The position numbers and the translations under genes were made by a program. A DNA stretch of 64,000 nt, taken from positions 91,683 through 155,682 of the forward strand of contig CAWJHU010000003.1 in NCBI GenBank assembly GCA_963842815.1, read 5' to 3'. The notes under the pieces are model-generated. The model saw only the letters and a list, made by a program, of their open reading frames with translations, did no database searches and was not told the DNA's origin. Source of the stretch: Candidatus Nomurabacteria bacterium. GTDB lineage: Bacteria; Patescibacteriota; Minisyncoccia; Phycocordibacterales; UBA9973. Shown here piece after piece: positions 1-13,773 of this stretch (position 1 is the stretch's first letter; every line of letters begins with the position of its first letter).

Positions 1-413
1 ACCGAGGAAGTCGTAAATTTTATATTCGCATCACCGACAGCCTTCGCCTTAAAAGACAGAGTGGCAATTGTACCGTCATTACCCTGAAAACCACTTAATA
101 TAATTCCCTCCATACTGACAATACCGCTTATATTTGAATAAGACGGGTCCACGGACCAAAGGCCGATAATGGAATTATCTTTGGAAACGGAACCCAAAGT
201 TAATAAATCTTTTGGAAAAGAAATAGAGACGGAAATTGCGTTGGCGGATTGGTTGGGACTTGATAAGACAATGCGAACTTTTATGGTATCGCCTACGTTA
301 TAGGAACCGGAAGAAGGCGACAAAATAAGGTCGGAGGCAAAGGCGGAGCGCCCCAAAAATAAGACGAATAGAAAAAAGAAAAATAATAATAATTTTCTAT
401 TAAATTTTTTCAT
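1..413 (-). CDS. Secreted cohesin-domain protein, 5' part only (runs off window)
   Basis: Manual translation from ATG at 413: MKKFNRKLLLFLFFLFVLFLGRSAFASDLILSPSSGSYNVGDTIKVRIVLSSPNQSANAISVSISFPKD...GTIATLSFKAKAVGDANIKF; signal peptide plus cohesin-like pattern. Confidence 0.7.
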   Translation of the reverse strand, partial: MKKFNRKLLLFFFFLFVLFLGRSAFASDLILSPSSGSYNVGDTIKVRIVLSSPNQSANAISVSISFPKDLLTLGSVSKDNSIIGLWSVDPSYSNISGIVSMEGIILSGFQGNDGTIATLSFKAKAVGDANIKFTTSS

Positions 414-474
414 ACAATAATTATACATTGTGAAAGCGTAAATTACAAATAAAATATGTGATAAAAATAAACAA

Positions 475-2259
475 TTATCCGGTCCAATAATATGCCAAAA
501 TACTAAAATCGATTAAATTTACAACTCCATCGCCATTTAAATCAACAGTAGCCGGCGGATTTTTTTTCTTGTACCAAAACGCCTCAATGGAAAAGTCGAT
601 CAGGTTGGTTTTATTATCATTATTCAAATCGGCCTTTGAGGAAGTAATCACTGTTTTTTTCTGCACAACATTTTGGTCCGCCACGGTGAATGCCACCGTT
701 TTGCCGTAAGAACTGATTGTTCCATCTTTAGCCACCTTTGATTTTGCGGTGTGGTCCCCAAGATCCAATTCGGACGAATCTACAACTTGCAGATATACTC
801 CGTTTTTGTCCGAGTTTACCGTTTTAAATATTTCCTGTTCGGAATTGATTGTAATGGTAACCTGACTGGTCGGCGCCGACTGTCCAAAAAAAGTTATATT
901 GTCGCCTTTTTTAACTTGCGATTTATCAACAGCCAAAGTCGGGGCGAGAAAAATCCCACCGATGTTGGTACTTGCCCCGGCCGTAAGAGACACCGGAAAA
1001 GTAAGAAGAGAAGAACGATTGCCCTGATTGTCTTCCGCGTAAACACTGAAGATATAACTGCCGGCGGTAAGGCCATTCACATTAATTAAAAAATTTGCGT
1101 CTTCCCCTGCCTTTGTGGAAACAAGCACTTGGGCATCCTTTAACAGCACCACGGTGCTATTGGGATATGCCCGGCCGGAAAAAGTAGTTGCGTTTGAAAC
1201 AGGAATTATATTTACATATGCGTTTCCCCCACCACTCCCTCCGGTACTTCCGCTGTTGTTATTATTATTTGAAGTGGCAGCGCCTAAAATAGCAAAGTTG
1301 CTAAAATGGGTAGTGGTTGCGCTGATAGTTTTGTGTACCGTATCCAAACTTTGATTGCTCAATGCCGACCATTGACTGCCATCCCAGCGATAAAGCTGCA
1401 AACTTGATTCGCTTAAACCGGAAATATCGGCATCCGTATAGGAAATGGTAATTGTAATGGGTTGAGTAAAGGTGCTGACCTGTGTTAAATCGCTTTCCTT
1501 ATAAATGCTAAAATTATATATGGTGCCGGCTGCAACTTTGTCACTGGGTACGGGGAGTGTAGCGCTAACCTCAGTTTTAGGAAAAGAAGATAACGACATT
1601 TTAAAAGTATCATCATTGGCCAAAGTGTTGGCCGGAATATTTATTGTTGCCACAGTGTTATCCGAACTGGTTAAAGATTTGGAAACGGTTTGGGTTGGAA
1701 TAATTGAATTGACTGTTTCGCTGGAAGTTATATGCACAGTGGAAATCGGAGTGGCACCTACCGCCGCCGATTCGTTAAGTAAAATTCCAAGAGAATAGGA
1801 ACGTATTTTGAAAAAATATGGAGTGCCATTTGCTAGACCTGTTTTTATGTAGGTCAAAACATTGCCCACAGAGGTAAATGTGTAAGTTCCGCCGGAGGAT
1901 GTACTAACGCCAACTTCATAGTTTGTGATATTAGCAAAAATACCCGTGGCAGAAGTCCAATTAAGGATTACCTGGGAATCGCCGGCTGTGGCCGAAACTA
2001 TAGGAGAAGAAGCCATAGAAAAATATAAAGAACCGGCATCCTGTAAAAAATCGGAGCCGGAACTTTGTCCGTTGGTCAACTCTCCTGTACTGCCCAAATA
2101 TTGAAAATTAGGAGAGGATGCTTGTCCTCCACCTGTAATATCCGTTGAATTTTCCAGTTTAAAATTTGTACTGGTGGAATCTGCCTGGGCAAAATTGAAA
2201 AATATTACTCCAAGAATAATTACGAAAATAAAAGAGTATTTATTATTTAAAAAATTCAT
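475..2259 (-). CDS. Secreted surface protein with FN3 and Ig-like domains and a C-terminal dockerin-like Ca-binding repeat
   Basis: Signal peptide; FN3 motifs (VILNW...GLANGTPYFFKIRS); C-terminal DLNNDNKTNLIDFS / DLNGDGVVNLIDFS. Confidence 0.75.
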   Translation of the reverse strand: MNFLNNKYSFIFVIILGVIFFNFAQADSTSTNFKLENSTDITGGGQASSPNFQYLGSTGELTNGQSSGSDFLQDAGSLYFSMASSPIVSATAGDSQVILNWTSATGIFANITNYEVGVSTSSGGTYTFTSVGNVLTYIKTGLANGTPYFFKIRSYSLGILLNESAAVGATPISTVHITSSETVNSIIPTQTVSKSLTSSDNTVATINIPANTLANDDTFKMSLSSFPKTEVSATLPVPSDKVAAGTIYNFSIYKESDLTQVSTFTQPITITISYTDADISGLSESSLQLYRWDGSQWSALSNQSLDTVHKTISATTTHFSNFAILGAATSNNNNNSGSTGGSGGGNAYVNIIPVSNATTFSGRAYPNSTVVLLKDAQVLVSTKAGEDANFLINVNGLTAGSYIFSVYAEDNQGNRSSLLTFPVSLTAGASTNIGGIFLAPTLAVDKSQVKKGDNITFFGQSAPTSQVTITINSEQEIFKTVNSDKNGVYLQVVDSSELDLGDHTAKSKVAKDGTISSYGKTVAFTVADQNVVQKKTVITSSKADLNNDNKTNLIDFSIEAFWYKKKNPPATVDLNGDGVVNLIDFSILAYYWTG

Positions 2260-2278
2260 TTATGTATATTAAAAAGAT

Positions 2279-7140
<4,862 letters not shown>

Positions 7141-7239
7141 ATCTATTTTTTACAGTGGATAAATAAATCATACACTGTCTGTATATTATAGGGCAAAAAT
7201 ATATTGGAAGCAATCAAAGAAGGAACGCCGTGTGGAAAA

Positions 7240-8670
7240 TCATTCGTCTATTATTTCAAAGTCATTTCCTGCTGTTTGGGAAGTAATTTTTCTCTTGCGG
7301 CTGCGAATAAAATAAGTGGCGCTTGTGCTAATCCCTAAAAAAGCAACCAAGCCTAATATTCCATATTTGAAGTTATCTTTTGTGGCAGTATTATTTGGAG
7401 GAATTTGAGCCAATAAATTATCAACGGGTATCTCGGCCGTTGCATTGCTATTATCTTTCGCCGTGGATATTTTTGCCGAAGCGGAACTATTTGTTAAAGT
7501 TTTTATTGGCTTCTGTAGAGCTGCATAATCAAAAATCGTTTCTCCCTGTGGATTTATCAATTTTAAAGTATCTTTATCTAAAATTGAAAAATTGGTAATT
7601 TTTGAAGAGACCATCATCTTGCTTTTTGATTTAAGAATCGTATTTTTGGGCAGAGTAAAACTTCTTTCGGCACTCGAGAGAACCCATTTTGAAAGGTCCG
7701 CATCATAATTGGTATTATTGGAAATTTCCACAAAAAAATCTTTTTCATCTCCAACCCTGCTTATGGAAATATCTGCCGGCACTATTTTGATAGTTATTTT
7801 GTCCGAAGCATTCGGGTTTTCGGAATAATAATTCTGATAATATTCCAGGGATACGGCATATTCACCCTCGTAGAAAAAAGTGTGTGTAAATTTTGTTGCA
7901 TCGGTAAGTTTTATTTCTTTGGAATCTCCATCGCCGAAATTCCAGAAATATTTTCCGGAAAAAAGAGATTCGCCGGAATACCCTGTAGCACTGGCATTGA
8001 ATAAAACAGGCATGCCGACAAAAGCGAGCGTTGGAGCTATAATTTTTGTTTTAATTTGGGGAATTTCAATTGCTTTTGTTTTTGTGTCAACCGTATCTTG
8101 CGCGGAAAAACTATTGGCCGGAAGCCCATAGCTGACGGAACTATTATTGGATTCCGCCGTGGAGCCGGCAGAAATATAATTGGGCGCACCCGGAGTGGGC
8201 GAAGCTGCCTGCCATAGGTTGTTAAAAAATTGCAAAGAATTCCCGGTACCCGAAGCATCCGCCAAAGTTGTATAAGTTACGGAATTAATAATTTTTTTAT
8301 CTGAATCGGAGATGGCTTTATAGGTATTATATTTGGAGCTATCGTTGGGTAAAGAAAATTGAGAGGAACTAAAAACTGTTCCGGAAAAGGAATTCCAATC
8401 GGCGGTGGAGGTTATTATGGCATAGCTTCCGCCGGACAAGAGAGCGGACCCTTTTTGCAGTCTAAGCGGAGCGGAATCGTCCGCGTTGTTAAAAAACCTC
8501 CAGTCAGTCAAATCAACAGAATTATTCCCTGAATTAAAAATTTCTATCCATTCAGCTTCGCCATTTATCGGCGCATACATTATTTCATTTATAATTACCT
8601 CCGCCCGAGCCAGTCGAAATGAAAACAAAAAAATAAACCCCAACAAAATTAAAATTGTTTTTTTAGACAT
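7240..8670 (-). CDS. Membrane-anchored lamin-tail-domain plus PKD-domain protein
   Basis: VIINEIMY...EWIEIFN...VDLTDW...PTPG (LTD); YFWNFGDG (PKD); C-terminal TM helix. Confidence 0.8.
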   Translation of the reverse strand: MSKKTILILLGFIFLFSFRLARAEVIINEIMYAPINGEAEWIEIFNSGNNSVDLTDWRFFNNADDSAPLRLQKGSALLSGGSYAIITSTADWNSFSGTVFSSSQFSLPNDSSKYNTYKAISDSDKKIINSVTYTTLADASGTGNSLQFFNNLWQAASPTPGAPNYISAGSTAESNNSSVSYGLPANSFSAQDTVDTKTKAIEIPQIKTKIIAPTLAFVGMPVLFNASATGYSGESLFSGKYFWNFGDGDSKEIKLTDATKFTHTFFYEGEYAVSLEYYQNYYSENPNASDKITIKIVPADISISRVGDEKDFFVEISNNTNYDADLSKWVLSSAERSFTLPKNTILKSKSKMMVSSKITNFSILDKDTLKLINPQGETIFDYAALQKPIKTLTNSSASAKISTAKDNSNATAEIPVDNLLAQIPPNNTATKDNFKYGILGLVAFLGISTSATYFIRSRKRKITSQTAGNDFEIIDE

Positions 8671-8713
8671 AGTTATTATTAATATTTTTAATTAAATATG
8701 CTATGATTATAGC

Positions 8714-9706
8714 ATGAAAAAAATAGATTTTCTTGCTATTGGAGATATAGTGATAGACGCTTTTATAAAATTAAAAGATGCCCATGTGCATTGCAAGCTG
8801 GACACGGATGCCTGTGAACTTTGTTTGAGTTTTGGAGACAAAGTACCCTATGAATCGGTGCATATCATTCCCGCCGTTGGCAATAGTCCGAATTCTGCTG
8901 TCTGCGCCGCAAGGCTTGGATTAAATTCCGCTCTGGTGGCCAATATAGGAAACGACCAAAATGGCAAGGACTGCCTGGCTTCTCTCAAAAAAGATAAAGT
9001 TATAACCAAATACATCGCCACTGAAAAAAATAAAAAAACAAATTATCATTACGTTCTTTGGTATGACGTTGACCGAACAATTTTAATCAAGCATACGGAA
9101 TTTAATTATAAATTTCCAAAACTGAAAGAAGTTTCTTGGATATACCTGAGCTCCTTGGCCCCCGATTCTCTGCCCTATCATCAACAGATAGCCGAGTATC
9201 TAAAAAATAATCCAAAAACAAAACTGGCTTTTCAACCGGGCACTTTTCAAATACAATTTGGCACTGAAAATTTAAAAGAAATTTATGCGCGGACGGAAAT
9301 CTTTTTCTGCAACCTTGAAGAAGCTGAAAGAATTTTAAAAATTGAAAATAGAGATGTTTTGACTTTGTCAAAAGGTATTGCTATCTTGGGACCTAAAATG
9401 GTTGTCATAAGCGACGGTCCCAATGGCGCTTATCTTTATATGAACAGAGAATTATGGCACAATCCTATTTATCCGGATATAGCACCGCCCTACGAACGCA
9501 CGGGTGCGGGAGATGCTTTCTCTTCAACATTTACTGCCGCTCTGGCTCTAGGCAAATCCCCTCTTGAGGCATTTTCCTGGGGGCCGGTAAATGCCATGTC
9601 CGTGGTCCAAAAAATAGGCGCCCAGGCAGGATTGCTTAGCCGTGAAAAATTAGAAGAGTATTTAAAAGTTGCGCCGGAAAGTTATAAAGTTAAAAAAATA
9701 AATTAA
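8714..9706 (+). CDS. PfkB-family carbohydrate kinase
   Basis: GNSPNSAVCAARLG and ERTGAGDAF motifs. Confidence 0.9.
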   Translation: MKKIDFLAIGDIVIDAFIKLKDAHVHCKLDTDACELCLSFGDKVPYESVHIIPAVGNSPNSAVCAARLGLNSALVANIGNDQNGKDCLASLKKDKVITKYIATEKNKKTNYHYVLWYDVDRTILIKHTEFNYKFPKLKEVSWIYLSSLAPDSLPYHQQIAEYLKNNPKTKLAFQPGTFQIQFGTENLKEIYARTEIFFCNLEEAERILKIENRDVLTLSKGIAILGPKMVVISDGPNGAYLYMNRELWHNPIYPDIAPPYERTGAGDAFSSTFTAALALGKSPLEAFSWGPVNAMSVVQKIGAQAGLLSREKLEEYLKVAPESYKVKKIN

Positions 9707-10705
9707 TTAGATTTTTCTCTTTAATACTTTTTCTACCGCCAGCATAATATCAGATACATCCATCTTGTAGTGTTTTATCAGTTCATCCGATGTGCCTGAT
9801 TGACCAAAGCTATTTTTAACCCCGATAAATTCCACGGGTACAGGATAATTTTGCGCAAGCACCTCGGCCACAGCCGAACCCATTCCTCCCGCTATTTGAT
9901 GGTCTTCCACGGTCACAATTGCCTTGGTTTCTTTAGCTAAAGCTATAATTGCTTTTTCGTCTATTGGTTTTATGGAACACAAATTCATTACTTTGCTTTT
10001 TATTCCTTTGGCTTCCAGTTCTTTCGCCGCCAGCATCGCGCGGTGAACAAATCCGCCGGTAGCGATAATTCCCACCTGTGCCAGCCCCGCATCCGGCAAC
10101 CAAAAAATTTGTGCCCTGCCTATTTCAAACGGAGTTTCTTCTGTTGTTAAAACCGGTGTTTTTTCACGAACCAAACGTAAATATTCCGGTTTTTTTGTTT
10201 TAGCTAATGCCAAAGTTGCTTTTTTTGCTTCTATTGAATCGCAAGGAGAAATAACATCCATATTGGGCAACACTCGCATTAGGGCAATATCTTCCAGCGC
10301 TTGATGGCTTCCTCCGTCCGCCCCGACGGAAACACCAACATGGGAGCCAATTATTTTTACCGGCCTGTTGTTGTAGGCTATGGTGGTCCTTATCTGTTCC
10401 CAATTTCTGCCCGGAGAAAAAATAGCAAAGGAAGCGCAAAAAGGAATTTTACCCATGGCCGCCAAACCGGAAGCCACCGTTGCCAAATTTTGTTCCGCCA
10501 CTCCCATTTCTATAAATCTTTCAGGAAATTTTTCTTTAAATAAATTCATCTGCACGGATTCGGTCAAATCCGCGCAAAGAGCCACAATATTTTTATCATT
10601 TTCTCCCGCTAATACCAACCCCTGTCCAAATCCTTTTCGGATGGGCGCCTGCTCGCAGTCTTGGCTGAATATTTTTGGATTTAATTTTAAATCTGGATTT
10701 AACAT
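9707..10705 (-). CDS. tkt: Transketolase, C-terminal subunit
   Basis: MGVAEQNL, GADGGSHQALED, VTVEDH motifs. Confidence 0.93.
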   Translation of the reverse strand: MLNPDLKLNPKIFSQDCEQAPIRKGFGQGLVLAGENDKNIVALCADLTESVQMNLFKEKFPERFIEMGVAEQNLATVASGLAAMGKIPFCASFAIFSPGRNWEQIRTTIAYNNRPVKIIGSHVGVSVGADGGSHQALEDIALMRVLPNMDVISPCDSIEAKKATLALAKTKKPEYLRLVREKTPVLTTEETPFEIGRAQIFWLPDAGLAQVGIIATGGFVHRAMLAAKELEAKGIKSKVMNLCSIKPIDEKAIIALAKETKAIVTVEDHQIAGGMGSAVAEVLAQNYPVPVEFIGVKNSFGQSGTSDELIKHYKMDVSDIMLAVEKVLKRKI

Positions 10706-10709
10706 AAAT

Positions 10710-11552
10710 TTACACGGGCCTATAATTTTCTAATTCTTTCAAAGCCATCTCCCCTTCTTCTTTATTGGGCGCTTTGCCATGCCATTTATAATCCCTTTCA
10801 AATTCTTTCACGCCTTTGCCGGGAATAGTATGGGCAATAATAACCACCGGTTTTTCTTTTATTTCTTTCGCTTCTTTCACTGTTTTCTCCAGAGCTTTAA
10901 AATCATGCCCGGAAACTTCCAGCACCTGCCAATTAAAGGCTTGCCATTTATCTGCCAGCGGTTCAAGGGGCATAATGTGTTCGGTATTTCCATCTATTTG
11001 AATATTATTTCTATCCACAATGGCAATTAAATTTTGCAATTTATTTTTTCCCGCAAACATTATCGCCTCCCAAGTATTTCCTTCGTCCAATTCTCCGTCG
11101 GACATAAAACAATAAATAAATCGTTCTCTGTCTTTTTTGTCCATTTTATCTGCCAAAGCCATACCTATCGCTTGGGAAAGTCCGGAACCCAGGGGTCCGG
11201 AAGAAGTCTCCAAAAAGGGTAAATATTCCCTATGCGGATGTCCTTGTAATCTTGACCCAAATTTCCGCAAAGTTTTTAATTCCTCAATGGGAAAATATCC
11301 GCTGTGCGCCATGGCCGCGTATAAGACCGGACAAATATGACCATTGGAAAGAATTACTCTGTCTCGTTCCGGCCAAAACGGGTCTTTGGGATTGTGCTTC
11401 AAAGTATGAAAATAAAAAAGGGTAAAAATATCAGCCATGCCGAGGGGACCTGCCGTATGCCCACTTTTTGCTTCCACCAGCATTTTAATAATACTTTGGC
11501 GAAGGTCATTCGCTTTTATTTCCAGTTCTTTGATTTTGTCTTCGGTCAACAT
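10710..11552 (-). CDS. tkt: Transketolase, N-terminal (TPP-binding) subunit
   Basis: SGH, LSNGH, LQGHP and SDGELDEG...NN motifs. Confidence 0.93.
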   Translation of the reverse strand: MLTEDKIKELEIKANDLRQSIIKMLVEAKSGHTAGPLGMADIFTLFYFHTLKHNPKDPFWPERDRVILSNGHICPVLYAAMAHSGYFPIEELKTLRKFGSRLQGHPHREYLPFLETSSGPLGSGLSQAIGMALADKMDKKDRERFIYCFMSDGELDEGNTWEAIMFAGKNKLQNLIAIVDRNNIQIDGNTEHIMPLEPLADKWQAFNWQVLEVSGHDFKALEKTVKEAKEIKEKPVVIIAHTIPGKGVKEFERDYKWHGKAPNKEEGEMALKELENYRPV

Positions 11553-11553
11553 A

Positions 11554-12249
11554 TTATAAATTTCTAAATTCCTCTATGGTTTCAATTATATCATCCGTTT
11601 TAAAAATCGCTGAGCCGATAATAAGGCGAGTGGCGCCCGCGCTTACTAGCGCGGGCGCATTTTCAAAATCTATTCCCCCATCCACGGATATTTCAAGGTC
11701 GGGAAATTTTTCTTTCAGTATTTTTATATCCTCAAAGACTTTTTCATTAAATTCTTGCCCCTGAAAACCAACTTTGTCTATACCCATACATTGCACAAAA
11801 TCAACATCATTAATTAAAGGAAAAATTTGTTCCAGAGAAGTTTCTATATTAAGAGCTATGCCTATTTGTATCATTTCTCTCACATATATATCCATGCCCT
11901 CCAAAAAATTTTTAAATTCTTTCAAATCACCTACCGCTTCAATGTGAAAAACTATTCTTTTTGCCCCGAGCTTAGAATAAATATCAAAATTTTCTACCGC
12001 ATCGGACACCATCAGGTCAAGCTCAAAATCAATATCTTCCCAAAAAGGCATTCCCTCTTCCTCGTTTAAAATTCTATGAAAATTATAATCATTAATTCCT
12101 TCCGTAGAAAAAGGCCAAGTCTTGGACGGCACAAAAATCCCGTCGCAAATATCTATTTGCACAATGGGAACTACTCCGCGCACCAGCGCTATTTTATTTT
12201 TTAAATCTTCGTAATTTTTCGGCAATATTGCTGGAATTATTTCAGCCAT
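11554..12249 (-). CDS. rpe: Ribulose-phosphate 3-epimerase
   Basis: IIPAIL, QIDICDGIFVP, SVDGGI, IIGSAIF; operon context. Confidence 0.85.
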   Translation of the reverse strand: MAEIIPAILPKNYEDLKNKIALVRGVVPIVQIDICDGIFVPSKTWPFSTEGINDYNFHRILNEEEGMPFWEDIDFELDLMVSDAVENFDIYSKLGAKRIVFHIEAVGDLKEFKNFLEGMDIYVREMIQIGIALNIETSLEQIFPLINDVDFVQCMGIDKVGFQGQEFNEKVFEDIKILKEKFPDLEISVDGGIDFENAPALVSAGATRLIIGSAIFKTDDIIETIEEFRNL

Positions 12250-12253
12250 AGGC

Positions 12254-12727
12254 TTATATTTTGATTTCGTCTATTTTCCCCAAGCGACGAATATGTCTTT
12301 CGTCAAAACTGAAAGGGGTATTGAGCCAAAGATTGACCGCCTCCATCATGGTTTCTTCCGTAAAATATCTGGCGCCCAGAGAAAGAATATTTGAATTATT
12401 ATGTTGTCTGGACCTGACTATAATATTTGATTCATCATCCACCACAGGTTTTGCATTGCCGTAAAAAACAACTGCCCGAACATGGGGAAATTTATTTGCG
12501 GCAATAGCTTCTCCCTCCCCTGTGCCACCGAGAATTATGCCTTTTGAACCATCTGGATTTTTTGAAATTTCTCGGGCGACCGGCACAACAAAATCCGGAT
12601 AGTCATCATTTTCATCATATTTAAAAGCGCCTTTATCTATGACTTCATATCCTTGAAGTTTTAGGGAAGAAACCAACCTTTCTTTTAAGACATATCCGGC
12701 ATGGTCTGTCCCAACAAAAATTTTCAT
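12254..12727 (-). CDS. rpiB: Ribose-5-phosphate isomerase B family
   Basis: GTDHAG, DDYPD, GGTGEG, RQHNNSNILSLGAR, ERHIRR. Confidence 0.9.
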   Translation of the reverse strand: MKIFVGTDHAGYVLKERLVSSLKLQGYEVIDKGAFKYDENDDYPDFVVPVAREISKNPDGSKGIILGGTGEGEAIAANKFPHVRAVVFYGNAKPVVDDESNIIVRSRQHNNSNILSLGARYFTEETMMEAVNLWLNTPFSFDERHIRRLGKIDEIKI

Positions 12728-12728
12728 A

Positions 12729-13754
12729 TTATTTAATAGTTTCTCCTGTTTTTATAACATGTTCGACCAATGTGTAGGTATACCCCATTTCATTATCGTA
12801 CCAGCCCAAAACTTTTACCAGATTGCCGTCAACAACACGAGTCATTTCCAGGTCAGCGATAGATGCATGTGATTCCCCTAATATATCCGAGGAAACTAAT
12901 GGTTCATGGGTGACGGCAAATATTTTCTCCCACTTTTTGTCTTTTGCCGCTTTTTCTAAAATTGCGTTCACTTCTTCCTTGGTGGTATTTTTCTTAGAAA
13001 TAAAAGTAATGTCTACGATAGACCCAGCCACTACCGGCACGCGGATGGAAATTCCGTCAAATAATCCTTTTAATTCCGGGAATGCTTCGGTCACGGCAAT
13101 GGCTGCGCCGGTGGAACTTGGCACTATATTTTGGGCGGCTGCGCGTCCTTCGCGCAAATCTTTTTTACTTGGTCCGTCAACAAGCGCTTGGGAAGCGGTA
13201 TATCCGTGCACGGTATTTAAAATTGCTTTTTCAATGCCAAGCGTCTCATGCAAAATCGCAATCAATGGACTGGCTGCATTGGTGGTGCAGGATGCATTGG
13301 AAGTAATATCGCAAGTGCCGAATTTGTTTTCATTTATGCCAAGTAAAATAGTTTCGCCCTGCACATTTCCTTCGCTTCCTTTGGACGGTGCAGAAATGAC
13401 AACTTTCTTCGCGCCCTGGTCAATATGAAATTTTGCTTTGTCATAGGAAGTAAACAATCCGGTGGATTCAACCACCACATCAATGCTTAATTCCTTCCAA
13501 GGAAGTTTCGTAGTATCTTTTTCGGAAATAAATTTAATTATTTTTCCATCAATTATTAAATTGGAACCGGAAATTTCCACTTTGTGATTCCAATTTCGGT
13601 AAACAGTATCGTGGCGCAATAAATAAGCCAAACTTTCTATGGAACCCAAATCATTTATCGCTACTATCTCAATCTCCGGCCGTTCCCAAGCTATCTTTAA
13701 AAACGCCCTACCTATCCTGCCAAAACCATTTATAGCTATTTTGATGTTCTTCAT
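12729..13754 (-). CDS. gap: Glyceraldehyde-3-phosphate dehydrogenase, type I
   Basis: INGFGRIGR, SNASCTTN, WYDNE. Confidence 0.97.
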   Translation of the reverse strand: MKNIKIAINGFGRIGRAFLKIAWERPEIEIVAINDLGSIESLAYLLRHDTVYRNWNHKVEISGSNLIIDGKIIKFISEKDTTKLPWKELSIDVVVESTGLFTSYDKAKFHIDQGAKKVVISAPSKGSEGNVQGETILLGINENKFGTCDITSNASCTTNAASPLIAILHETLGIEKAILNTVHGYTASQALVDGPSKKDLREGRAAAQNIVPSSTGAAIAVTEAFPELKGLFDGISIRVPVVAGSIVDITFISKKNTTKEEVNAILEKAAKDKKWEKIFAVTHEPLVSSDILGESHASIADLEMTRVVDGNLVKVLGWYDNEMGYTYTLVEHVIKTGETIK

Positions 13755-13773
13755 ATGTGCTATTATATTAAAA

